DNA of 64,000 nucleotides. Origin: Lama guanicoe (lineage: Eukaryota). The notes below the pieces were generated by a model. It was not told the origin of the DNA. It saw nothing but the letters and a program-made list of their open reading frames with translations, and made no database searches. The stretch spans positions 932,826-996,825 of the forward strand of contig MU053561.1 in assembly GCA_013239625.1 (NCBI GenBank), read 5' to 3'. A program made the position numbers and the translations under genes. This document shows positions 13,263-25,044 of the stretch, piece by piece (position 1 is the first letter of the stretch; every line of letters starts with the position of its first letter).

Positions 13263-13536
13263 AAAAGATGCATGAAAATATCAACAGAATACTGACAGAA
13301 ATAACTAACATTTCTAACATCTTCACTTTCATGCTTATATAAATTGCTTGAATTTTTTTTATAATGAGCATTTGGTATTAATTGGGTAAAAATAATAAAG
13401 TTACTTGATGTTCTTGGCACTTCTTAAGATCTAGACACTGACATTCCTATTGGTGTTTTTTTTGTTTTGTTTTTGTCTTTGTTTTTTTGGGTCTGGGTTT
13501 TGTCTTTCGTGCCTCTGTGTTGGTGTTTCCACCTAG

Positions 13537-13985
13537 CATCGATGAAGAAGGTGAAATCCCTGCGTGATCCTTCTGCCAAAATGTCGAAATCAGACCCCGA
13601 TAAACTGGCCACTGTCCGAGTAACAGACAGCCCTGAGGAGATAGTGCAGAAGTTCCGCAAGGCCGTGACGGACTTCAACTCGGAGGTCACCTATGACCCG
13701 GCCCAGCGAGGGGGCGTCTCCAACCTGGTCGCCATCCACGCGGCAGTGACCGGACTCCCAGTGGAGGAGGTGGTCCGCCGCAGCGCTGGCTTCGACACTG
13801 CTCGCTACAAGCTGGTGGTGGCAGATGCTGTGATCGAGAAATTTGCTCCCATTAAGAGTGAAATTGAAAAACTAAAGATGGACAAGGGCTACCTAGACAA
13901 GGTTTTACAAGATGGGTCGGCGAAAGCCAAAGAATTAGCATATCCCGTGTGCCAGGAGGTGAAGAAATTGGTGGGGTTTCTATAG
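13537..13985 (+). CDS. WARS2: WARS2 last coding exon, with the class I KMSKS motif and C-terminus
   Basis: Acceptor tttccacctAG ends at 13536. Translates (T)[46 protein letters not shown]...VKKLVGFL, stop TAG at 13983-13985. KMSKS at 13578-13592. Confidence 0.97.
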
Positions 13986-14038
13986 GAAGTTTCGACTAAT
14001 CACAAAAAGGCTTTTATATCTTGCCGTCTACTCACTCC

Positions 14039-14044
14039 AATAAA
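14039..14044 (+). terminator. Candidate proximal polyadenylation signal of WARS2
   Basis: AATAAA begins 54 nt after the stop codon; usage cannot be shown from sequence. Confidence 0.3.
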
Positions 14045-14689
14045 GGCAGCTTTCCTTACCAGGGAACAATTAAAGTTTGTGGACGCTTTATTTGGGACAC
14101 CTGATTATTGGCTTCATTTGATGAATAATGATTTGTAGCCTTCAAATAGAGCAGTGTTCTAAATCACATCAGCAACATTCTGTGGCAAAAACAAATCAAA
14201 CAAACAAACAAACAAAACCCACCGAAGAAGGCATAGCTATCTGAATCCTCAGTTATTTGAGACACACTCTTTGGCCTTAATTTATTCACACAAATGTGAT
14301 TGAGGTGAGTAGTATTTGGCAAACAGGGGTATCATTGTGTCTGTCTGGAGTACTTATTGTCACAGGTGCTCACTTACCTATCCCAACCCTTTAAAAAGTA
14401 ATATAATAGACATAGTCCTTGGGCTGCAATTGGACCAATTTGTATTCAGACCTCATAAAAATAAGTTGATGATTATCATTCATTCGGCACTGAGATGGTA
14501 CCTGCTTTAATGTATTTAATCAGCTTAACTTATTTCCTGAGAAACCACACTGACTATTCTAGCAAGGATTATTTGCTGTTGTTTTAATTCAGAAATACAT
14601 AATATAACCTTCTGAGAAGGTTGCATTATTTCAACTCGACTGATTTACTGTACAAAAGCCCAGATCCCTGGATTATGTTCTTTATAAGC

Positions 14690-14880
14690 CTTTCCTTGCA
14701 TTTGTCTCTCAGTTTAATCTCGCCAACCCCCAGTGAAATATATAGGAGAGGGACTGCCATTTTACACCTGAGGAACGTGAGGCTCAGAGAGGACAATTAA
14801 CTTGTACAATATCACCCTGCAAGTAAGAAGCAAATCCAAGATCAAAACCTTTACTCCGTATTCCTATGAATAGTGCTTTT
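14690..14880 (-). mobile_element. MIR SINE downstream of the WARS2 stop codon
   Basis: ccattttacacctgaggaacgtgaggctcagagagg MIR core. Confidence 0.75.
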
Positions 14881-16375
14881 GTCATCAACACAGAGCCCTG
14901 AGAGGCAGCATGTTTGAGACTCCAAGCATTTTTATTTATGAAGGTGAGTACTGGAAAGACCTGAACTACAGGTACTGTTTATATCAGCAGATCATCCCAT
15001 AGCTACCAGCTTTAAATCTGAATTCAGCCAACCTTGGTCACATTTGCTTCTCAGGACCCCTAAAGCAGGTCCCAAGTTCTGTCTCCTCTTATTTCGAGGA
15101 CACTTCAAAGTATATTCTGCCCTACTACAAGACTAGTGAGGTCTGCTGAGTCAGATTTTCCCAGTGATTAGAAGCTTTGCACCTCACCTCCACCTCCATC
15201 TAAGTAGCAGCAACTCACTCGAAAACCTAGCTTCCCTGCACTTCTCTTTCCCACACCTGAAAGTGGAAATGACCATCCTGAGTCACCCCACCAGGACCAG
15301 TTAGAAAGACTGATTTTGTAACAGAAATTGCTTAAAGTTTTTTGCCAGTGGCTACCATGATCACCATTTATACATAGGAGACAAGTATACTGGGCAATGA
15401 ATTTTTACTCATGTTTCTTAAGAGAAAGAAGTAAAGTGATCCTTTTATCAGAACAGATAGAAATATACCAAACACTGCATCCTAGAGTCCAAATTAAAAG
15501 ACCCTTTTTGGATCTTTTCTTGTAATAGGGTGTCTAGAGTCTTAGAGCCTCTTTGGCATATCTCCTCCAAGGCTCTTTTTTTTTTTTTCCTTCCAAGGAA
15601 ACCCTAATATGAATACTGGAAAATGACTAAATTAAAGGTGGACCTATCCAACTGTTTATTTTTTTACCCCCTTACAACACCTTCCATTCCAAAGAACAAA
15701 AGTCACCTTGGAAAAAAATCTCAGAGGAGAGAAACAAGATGACATGTGATAACTTTTAGGGGGCAAAGTCCTATAGAGATGAGGTTGGGCTTGTGAGCAT
15801 CCTGTTGTTGCTCTTTGAAAGTGACGGTAGGACTCAAGTCCATAGTGACTGAGAGATGCGCCCAAGGGAGCTCAGGAAGTTTATAAAAGAGCCAAGGCCA
15901 GAACCTAGATTTATGTTCACATACCTTCCAATTACCATTTACAGGCCTCAGCACAGTCTTTTCATCGGGATGAAAAACTGGAGAGAAATCCAACTTGTGG
16001 CTTACCTGAGAAGGTGATTTTCATTGTTATTTTCCAGTTGTTTTGTGGAGAGTTGAAATGACGAAAAATACTTAGATGGTGGTAATAATGGTCAAATAAC
16101 TTGGTGCTCTGTAGCTCCATCTACTGACAAACCCTACTTCAAACTCACCTTGACAGACTGTCACTCGAAATACGGTGAGGGTATCTTGCCTTTTGTAGAT
16201 GCTTCATAAACATTTATCAAAATAATGTCAGAACGTGGGCTACGGAGTCCTAATAAATTATGGGTTTTTTCCCCCAGAAACTTTCCTGATGCAGACCATA
16301 AAAATGCACATCATAAAACAGTAACGCCATTGCGTCCTCACTGTGTATCAGGCTCCATTGCTAAATGTCTTATTA

Positions 16376-16546
16376 CAGTGTTTTTCCAGACCAGCAACAT
16401 GAGCATCACCTGGGAGCTCATTAAAAATGCAAGCTGTCTAGCTCTACCCCAGACCTATCGCGGAAAAACTTTGAGGATGAACCCAGCAATCCGTTTTAAC
16501 AGCCTTCCAGGTGATTCTGATGCTTGCTCAATTTTAAGACCCACTG
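16376..16546. mobile_element. MER5A hAT-Charlie MITE inserted in a MIR
   Basis: CAGTG...CACTG termini; gaccagcaacatgagcatcacctgggagct...aacagccttccaggtgattctgatgc; MIR sequence resumes after 16550. Confidence 0.85.
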
Positions 16547-16756
16547 CTTTTATATGTAGTCTCTCATTTAGTCCTCATAACCCAATAAAGTGATACTGTT
16601 ATCAATCTCATATTTCCTCAGGATGGAACCGAGGCATAGGAGGTTGAGTAATTTGCCTAAGATAATTCAGCTTCTAACAGGTAGGATCCAGAGTCTCACA
16701 AGGCCACAGTGGCTCCTGCACAATGTCTTCTGGTGTGTTTGGGGTAATGTGCTCTG

Positions 16757-16946
16757 AGGCTGCACTGTCCAATATGTACCTGTTTAAATTTAAATTAATT
16801 TAAACTAAATTTAACTTTAACCACCACCCCATTTCCTCAGCAGCACTTTCAAGTGCCAGATAGCCTCAATGGCTAGTGGCTAGTGTACTGGACAGTACAG
16901 GTGAGAATATTTCAATTATCCTTGGAATGTCTATTGGACATTGCTG
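16757..16946. mobile_element. MER3-like hAT-Charlie element
   Basis: gcactgtccaata ... tattggacattgc inverted ends; tggctagtggcta core. Confidence 0.75.
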
Positions 16947-17109
16947 CTTTAAGGCATTCAGCTGATTTTGCTTGTCATAGGTCAAGCCCATATGACTGAG
17001 GCCGCTTCCCGGAGAGCTCTTCAACTGGGGAATTCATGAAGATAGTAAAAGGATTAGTTGAGAAAGACAGGCCATATAGTTTCCCAAACTTACACCTATA
17101 GTCTCTTAG

Positions 17110-17260
17110 ATAACAAAAACTAGCATGTATTGTGTACTTGCTATATGCTGGGCACTTTGTGTGCTTATGTGCAGTGTCTCATTTAATATTTATATCAGTC
17201 CTAGGAACTGTTAGTGCTACTTTTTCAAATAAGAAGTAAGATTCATCAGCTCGTCTGAAG
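17110..17260 (-). mobile_element. MIR SINE
   Basis: tatatgctgggcactttgt...tctcatttaat. Confidence 0.6.
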
Positions 17261-18205
17261 GCACACATTTATTGTTAGTCTATAGTTTCTCCTAGTTAGA
17301 ACCCAGTGGTACCTCTTAACTGAAAGTGCCAAGGAAGTGGTGTGCCCCTTCTTGACTAGTCTAGATTCTAATCCTCTCCTGTGTATCCCATTTTCTTAGC
17401 CCTCACAGCTCTCTCCCTGCCTCCTTTCTTCAGTGCTCTTATAATTATTCCCCCAAGTTCCCCATTTGTGCACACAGCACCGTCTTTAGGTTGCTTTCTC
17501 CCGGACTTTGTTCCTTCCAGTTTGCTCTGTCAAGTGCTGTGTGCCTGTGTTATGGGAGTGACTGTGCGTGCAGTGGGGCAGCTCTTGGTCTCTTTCTCTT
17601 CAACATGATAACTCTGTGTTCTCATCGACTGTGGGTTCTCCCTGTGGGATCAGCGTTCTCTTTTTACTCTGTCAACTGAAGGGGGTCTTTTGAAATCTTT
17701 TTGGCTGGGAAGAGTCTCTTCCTCCCTGAAATTGAGCTGAAAACAGATTGCCTATCACTAGCATGTAACATTTTCAAACACTCTCATAGACAGTCGTTCT
17801 GGAGGTTTTACTGTTGTTTAAAACCTCATATGTTAACTTTCAACAATTCTGTTATATTGGCTAGGCTGGGATTGTCTTATTTCTCTAGGAAGGGGTTCAG
17901 AGCGTAGATGACCTATCCTCAGATATGTAATCCAGCATTATGACAAGTTTATGTAGGGCCTGCTTTGTGAAAAGTACAGAGGAAATGAAATATGCCTATA
18001 ATTTAGAGAACACAGAAACACTAGCTAGCTGATGCTGCATGAGCGTAGGAATGAGCAATTAACCAAGATGTTTAGGGAAGGAAGAAGATAGACATAAGAG
18101 AGGAGAAAGGGCTTTCCAATCAGAATCTAGAACACAGAAACACGAAATTTGCTTTTAGGGAAAAGCAAATCATACAGTATATGGGCAAAATGAGAATGGA
18201 AATAC

Positions 18206-18288
18206 TAGATTGAACCACATGAAATTCTCAATATTTGATTATTACTTTTTACCAACAAAGCTGGTAGTTCCATGGGGATCCGTCTTAA
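18206..18288. mobile_element. MADE2-like mariner MITE (decayed palindrome)
   Basis: tagattgaaccacatgaaattctcaatatttg matches the recalled MADE2 left arm; the right arm is degenerate. Confidence 0.6.
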
Positions 18289-19337
18289 CATAACCAGTGA
18301 GCAAGCATTTTGTAGAGTGCCTGTTTTGCAGGCACCATCTAAGCATCAAGAATTCGAAATGAGACCCAGTTCCCACCCTCAGGCTCCTTGCCGGTGTGGA
18401 GATGAGCATGGAAGGCCAGTGAGAGGCAGAACAGCAACTAGAGCCAAAGTCTTCCAAGTCTGGAACCTCTCCGGGCTCCATCAATTATGGCATTAGCTCT
18501 TCATTATTGGAAATACAGCTTCTAGATGTCATGGCCAGTGGCTCTCAGATAAATAGAGTATTTGGTATTTGATACAACTGTACTGTCTCCAAGTATGTGC
18601 TTTTGCTCTGGGGTGCCTACTCCCCACTCCCCATCTCTAAATGGATGCTCGATCCAGCTACTGCTGTTACTTCTCTTACCTGTTGCTGCTTCTACTTTTT
18701 TCTAGAGAAACAAAACACACCTCCTCCTGAGACCTTTCAACTCTGGCATTCTTCTAGCTCAGTGCTTCGCAACTCTCACTCCTACCGTTTCAAGATCTCG
18801 CCTGATACTTGTGTAGGTTTCATGTCTCTGTCAGCCCTCCTTGCTGTCTCACACTCCTACAGCCAATGTAAGCTTCTAACACCAGCTCATATGTGTCTGG
18901 GCACCTGTGTACTCCTTGTTTCCTTCTCACTTTTCTGCAGTAACTACCACTGTGCACACCACTCCTATCTACTCTCTGCCCCGTTGTCCTTTCTGCACCA
19001 GCACCATCATGACTTTAGTGCCATTCTTACACCTTCTACAACTTCATATTCATCAAACAACCTGTCCCTCCTTAGTCATCTTTTGAGGAGAGAACACCCT
19101 GAGGTCCCTTTAATGGACTGGCATATTGACCTGTCAAGGTAAATGGAAGAGTTGTTGCCTTTTGATCCATCTTAATTCTGAAGTAACAACCTCTGTGTTA
19201 AGCATAAATGCCTCTCTGCCACTCCCATTTAACCCCCCTCCCCCAGAAAACAATATGCACAGATACACAAAGAACCTTAATTGTGTTTATGGTCCAGATA
19301 TTTGTCACTTTATACATGGATTTGCCATAAAGTTGTT

Positions 19338-19793
19338 GTGACCAAGACTGCTAACTAATGCCCCAGTATCCAGTCTCTTCTTCCCTTTTGGAATGGAATG
19401 CTCACCTTAATTTTAAGAAAGTACATAGTCTCAGGTAGGAACTGCATCTCCCAGCCTACCCTGCAGCAAGGTATAAATTTGTTCTAGCCAGTGGAATATG
19501 AACAAAAGTGATATGCGCAATTTCCAAGTCACATCTTTTTTAAAGGAAATTGCTTCCCCCTCCTTATTTCCTGGTACAGCATGTTGGACCCATGGATGAA
19601 AGCCACAAGAGAAAGATGGGGAGCATCAGCCCCCAGCTTGGGCCCCTGGACTTGGGAAGCAGTGCTGGCTTTCTGTCCTGGATTGCCCACTACCTCTAGA
19701 CTCTTAACTGAGAAATAAAATTTTATCATATTTAAGCCCCTTTATATTGGGAGCTCTTTGTTATAATGCCTTAGCTATTATCCCAACTAATAA
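19338..19793 (+). mobile_element. MaLR LTR (old MLT1 subfamily)
   Basis: actgcatctcccagcctaccctgcagc...ctagccagtggaatatgaacaaaagtga...gagaaataaa...tttaagcc...aactaata. Confidence 0.7.
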
Positions 19794-19891
19794 CTAATCT
19801 TACTAGCCTCTCTGTCTAGTGTCTTCCTTCCAACTGGATTACTTCAATTCAATTAAACTAACATCTTGTGAGAGCCTTCTATGTGGCAGGG

Positions 19892-20063
19892 CAGTAGTTT
19901 TCAAGGTGTGGCTCCCAGACCAGCAGGCTCATCTTCACCTGGGACCTTGTTAGATATGCAAGTCCACAGACCTACTGAATGAGAAACTCCAGGGGTGGGA
20001 CTCAGCAATCGGGTTATCAAGCCCTCCGGGTGACCTGAATGCACACTGTTTTGAGAAGCACTG
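19892..20063. mobile_element. MER5A inserted in an L2 3' end
   Basis: cagtagttttcaaggtgtggctcccagaccagc...tttgagaagcactg. Confidence 0.85.
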
Positions 20064-20289
20064 TACTGGAGAGGGAAGGGGTTTTAAAAAAAAAAGAAAT
20101 AAAACCCAGCCTATCTCAAGGAATTTACATTGGAGTGAAAGAGGTGCAAATAGATAACCAGTCATGAAAACAATTATTATCTTCACTTTCTGCCATTTCC
20201 TGTCTGCTCTCCTTTTTCATCAGATTAACTCAGGATAGCTTAGATTATTTTTGTTTATATTGGTGATTATTTATAGACAGCCTAAAAAT

Positions 20290-20545
20290 TTAAGTCATTT
20301 GAGTCTATGCAAATCCTGAAAGGGGAAATTACTGACCTTACAATTGTAGACAGGTCGTCAATATTAGAACCAAGGAGAATCTCCTGAAGCCAAGGGAGAC
20401 AAATAAGAAGAGGGAGAATTTTACACTGTGGGTAGTAAAATTACAGTACTTATTACCCTATAAAGGGTTATATGGCCTAGAAATAAAAACAGGTGAGTGT
20501 GGATTAAATTTATGAGTGAGAAAGTCATAAAATTACATTAAGTGC
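20290..20545 (+). mobile_element. Ancient CR1/L3-like LINE 3' end
   Basis: gacaaataagaag...ttttacactgtgggtagtaaaatta...ttattaccc resembles the end of CR1 ORF2. Confidence 0.5.
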
Positions 20546-22382
20546 AAGTTAGGAATGTTTACATTATTTCTGAAAGTATCTAACATCAATATCATAAAAG
20601 AAAACTACCATCTTTGCTGTCACCACCCTTATTATCATATCTTCAGTGTTCAGAACTCTAGGCTAAGCCCAGACTAGACCAATGAGGTATTGGTGGTGGG
20701 CTGAAAAGGAAAATGCCTGAGAATAATGACTCTTGTACTTGGTGCATTTTGTGTAAAACTTGTACACACTTCAGAGTTAATGAACGCTAAAGGGAGAAGA
20801 AATAAGGGAGACAATGGATGCAATTGATAAAAGAATTTGTTATGATTTAAGATTAAAGCCAGTTTGACATTATTCTTATTAACAAGAGACAATCAGATAA
20901 CTGAAATCTGTAGATAATCCACAAGTTAAATATTATTACCGCTGTACACAGCAAACTGATCTTATGCTTTTGGCACAGGAGCAATCGCAGAGAAGAAGTG
21001 TTAGCACATCCCCAAACCAGCCAATCTTGAGACTCAGGAACTCTAGGCTCTTTATGATAATGAAGAGGTGGCTGTTAGTGTTGCCCAGTTTCCCCAAAGT
21101 TATGTGAGTCTTTAGAAGAAAGGGTTTAATTTCCCCACACGCTATTAAACACAGCGTCATTTGTTGCTAGAAATAATGTTAGCTCTGACTTACACATTTT
21201 CAAAATCTTGCAGTCTATTTTAACTACCATCCAGTTTGGTAAAATGCAACCACTTTTATTTCCTTCTTTCCCTTCTTTTTCCCTTTAAGGATATTTCAGC
21301 CATCTTCTTCCCCAAAATACTGTCAGTCAGGATTTCTATTCCAAAAAATTTGGAGTCAAAAGCATTCAACAGTCTGAAGGCAAGTAAGCTTTTTATTACA
21401 TTTTTATTGAGAGTAAATTAAACTGTGTGGGCAAGCAGGCGAGGGGCTCCTCTGTGAGGCCCCAGCATGCCCCACCGTTACGCCCCAGCAAGGATTCATG
21501 TTACAAGAATTACATCACAGTAATCTGCTTATACTGGCTGACCAGACCCACCAGGCCCCTGTTTGCTGCCAGGCAGGTTAACTCCTTCTTGATCCTCATG
21601 AACCTTCCACAAGAGAGTTTATGTGACCCCCTCAGAAGTTTCTTTCTTTTTCTTTTTCTTTTTTTGTTACAAAGCCATTTAGTTTATTCTCATCAGTAAT
21701 CCTGATATTCTCATGGTTAACACAGAAGTCTCTTTCTTATGAGTTTATAATCTTTTTCTAATTTAACATATGAAGAAGTATTTGGGAAATTATAACTATA
21801 TTTTATCTTCACAAACCTGTATCAAGCATAAGAATTGTTATCCCCATTTTACAGATAGGTTTTCCCTGTGTAATTTGGCACCAACTGATCTATTTATTGC
21901 ATTTGAAGTTCGCGCCATAAATTACTATTATTTTTTATCTTAAATGTACTTGTTTGTAAGTGCCTTTGAGCACATACTGTTGCAAAAAGATTGGAGCTTG
22001 TATTATTATTTTTGTCTTGTTGATTACTCATAGTCTGGAGCACACTCCTGGGCACAGAGTAGATGATAAATAAATGCTTACTGGCTGAAAACAATGCTGG
22101 GATGAGAGAGAGTTTAGGGGCTGCCAAGTTCAATGGTTTCATGAGACACATAACTACATAAATTTGTTAACTAATTTAACAAATACGTAGTCACTACTTG
22201 CTATGTGCCAGGCACTGCTGTAGACACTGGGGGTACAATGGTGAACAGAATGGACAAAAATCCCTGCCCTTTTTGAACTGACATTGCAGCAGAGAGAGAC
22301 AACGAACCAACAAGGAAATTAAACGGTGTGTCATAAGGTGATGAATGTCATGTAGAAATATAAAGAAAATGGAGGTGGAGTG

Positions 22383-22789
22383 TGTTATGGACTGAATTGT
22401 GTCTCTTCCCTCACCCCCATAAATTCATATATTGAAGTCCTAACCCTCAGCACCTGCGAATGTGATTTTATTAAGAGAGAGGGCCTTTATAAAGAGGTAA
22501 GTAAGTTAAAATGAGGCCGTTAGAGTGGGTCCTAATCCAGTCTGATGGGTGTCTTTATAAGAAGAGGAGATTAGGACACTTAGAAAGACCGTAGGGCTGC
22601 TCGTGCACAGAGAAAACACCATGTGAGATCACAAGGGAGGTGGCCACCTGCAGGCCAAGGAGAGACGCCTCGAAAGAAGCCAGATCTGCCAATACTTTGA
22701 TCTTGGACGTCCCGCCTCCACAGTATCAGATAAATTTCTGTTGTTTAATCTGTGGTATCTTGTTACGGCAGCCCTAGAAAACTCATCCA
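22383..22789 (+). mobile_element. MaLR solo LTR (MLT1B-like)
   Basis: TGttatggactgaattgtgt...gttaaaatgaggccgttagagtgggtcctaatcc...gcagccctagaaaactcatcCA. Confidence 0.88.
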
Positions 22790-22988
22790 GAGCCCTGGTT
22801 TTAAATAGGGTTATGAAAGATGGTTTCATTGGAGTTCAGTTTAAGCAGAAAACTGCATGGGGGAGGAAGACAGTGATGTAACATCTGGGGAAGACCAGTG
22901 CAGACAGAGGGAACATCATACACAAACACCTTGATGCAGGAGTGTGCTTGACTTGTTAAAGAACAGCAGGGACATTAGTATGGCTAGA

Positions 22989-23497
22989 AAATATTTACTT
23001 ATTTATTTTTAATTTTGTTTTAATTGAAGTATAGTCAGTTACAATTTGTCAATTTCTGGTATACAGCATAATGTCCCAGTCATGTGTATATATACATATA
23101 TTTATTTTCATATTCTTTTTTGTTAAAGGTTATTAAGAGATATGAATACAGTTCCCTGTGCTATACAGAAGAAATTTGTTTTTTAAAATCTATTTTTATA
23201 TATAGTGGTTATCATTTGCAAATCTCTAACTCCCAAATTTATCCCTTCCTACCCCCAGTAACCATGAGGTTGTTTACCATGTCTGAGAGTCTGTTTCTGT
23301 TTCATAAGTAAGTTCATTTGTGTCTTTTTTTTAAGATTCCACATATGAATGATATCATATGGTATTTTTCTTTCTCTTTCTGGCTTACTTCACTTAGAAT
23401 GACAATCTCCAGGTCCATCCAGGTTGTTGCAAATGGCATGATTTGGTTCTTTGTTAGTCACTGAGTAGTATTCCATTGTATAAATATACCACAACTT
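22989..23497 (-). mobile_element. 5'-truncated young LINE-1 3' end
   Basis: The ORF2 end is nearly identical to 5240-5400; ctaga is duplicated at 22984-22988 and 23498-23502, and the L2 resumes after it. Confidence 0.9.
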
Positions 23498-23917
23498 CTA
23501 GAGCGGAGTGAATGAGAGGGAGAGGGAGGATGGTAGGTGAGGTTGGAACTGGAGCACAGTCAAGCCCTTACAGCCATTGTAAGGATTTTGGCTTCTACTT
23601 TAGGTCAGTGGAATGGGGAAGCTATTTGTTCTTTTTAAGTGTTCAAGGTTTAAGTTATAAAAGGTTCATTCTGTAATGTTGGGAAATCAACTTTAGGGGT
23701 CAGAGATGGAAGTGAGGAGCCCAGTTAGGAGTGTATCTTAATCATCCATATAAGAGGGAAGGTTTGGAGTAGGGTAATAGGGTTGGAGGTTGTAAGATAT
23801 GGTCACACTTGTCATACATTTGTGAAAGTAGAGCTGACAGGATTTGCTGATAGAATGGTGGTGATATTTGAGAGAGAGAAAAAAAGAGTCAAGGATAACT
23901 ACAGGATTTTTGACCTG

Positions 23918-25044
23918 AGAAGTTAGAAGGATAGAGTCTCTGTTTACTGAGATGGGAAAGACTGTAGAAGGAGAAAATTTGGAAAGACCAGGAATTCACT
24001 TTTGGACATGTGGAGATGTTTAGTGGGCAGCTACATATTTAAAACTAGAGGTCAGGGAGAGGTCCGGGTAAGAGATATTAATTTGGGAGTCATCAATATA
24101 GAGAGAGCATTTAAAGCCAAGAGTCTTGATGAAATCTCTAAACGAATGAGCATGGACAGAGAAGAGGTCCAAGGAATGATCCTATTTCAAGGTAGAAGGA
24201 AATGAGAAAATAAGCAGCAATGGGACTGAGAAAGAAAGGCCAATATGATAGAAGGAAAAACAGGAGACAGTGTTGTCTTGGAAGCAAGCAAAAAGCTGTT
24301 TTCTGGAAAAAGGACTAATCTGTGTCAAGTAAGGTAAGGCCTGGAAAAAGACCATTGGATTTGGCAATGTGGGGGTCATTGGTGACCTTGACCATAGCAG
24401 TTTGGGTGGATGGTGAGGTCAAGAGTTTAAGAGGAAACAAAAAGGAGAAATGAGAGACAGTGATCTTGACAACCCTTGCAAGAAGTTAGAAGGATAGAGT
24501 CTCTGTTTACTGAGATGGGAAAGACTGTAGAAGGAGAAAATTTGGAAAGACCAGGAATTCACTTTTGGACATGTGGAGATGTTTAGTGGGCAGCTACATA
24601 TTTAAAACTAGAGGTCAGGGAGAGGTCCGGGTAAGAGATATTAATTTGGGAGTCATCAATATAGAGAGAGCATTTAAAGCCAAGAGTCTTGATGAAATCT
24701 CTAAACGAATGAGCATGGACAGAGAAGAGGTCCAAGGAATGATCCTATTTCAAGGTAGAAGGAAATGAGAAAATAAGCAGCGATGGGACTGAGAAAGAAA
24801 GGCCAATATGATAGAAGGAAAAACAGGAGACAGTGTTGTCTTGGAAGCAAGCAAAAAAGCTGTTTTCTGGAAAAAGGACTAATCTGTGTCAAGTAAGGTA
24901 AGGCCTGGAGAAAGACCATTGGATTTGGCAATGTGGGGGTCATTGGTGACCTTGACCATAGCAGTTTGGGTGGATGGTAAGGTCAAGAGTTTAAGAGGAA
25001 ACAAAAAGGAGAAATGAGAGACAGTGATCTTGACAACCCTTGCG
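23918..25044. repeat. Head-to-tail tandem duplication (563 bp + 564 bp), about 99% identical
   Basis: Copy 1 is 23918-24480 and copy 2 is 24481-25044. By manual comparison they differ by four A/G transitions and one A-run indel. The ORF track shows identical ORFs at 24002 and 24565. Confidence 0.97.

Noticed and set aside
13467..13536. Hydrophobic N-terminal extension of the ORF-track WARS2 ORF ([11 protein letters not shown]...)
   Set aside because: It is the intronic polypyrimidine tract read in frame; the exon starts at 13537
18597..19142. 181-aa Ser/Leu/His-rich ORF
   Set aside because: Pyrimidine-rich low-complexity DNA with a GTG start, no domain and no splice support
24002..24768. 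Two identical 67-aa ORFs as a duplicated gene
   Set aside because: By-product of the tandem duplication of antisense L2 sequence
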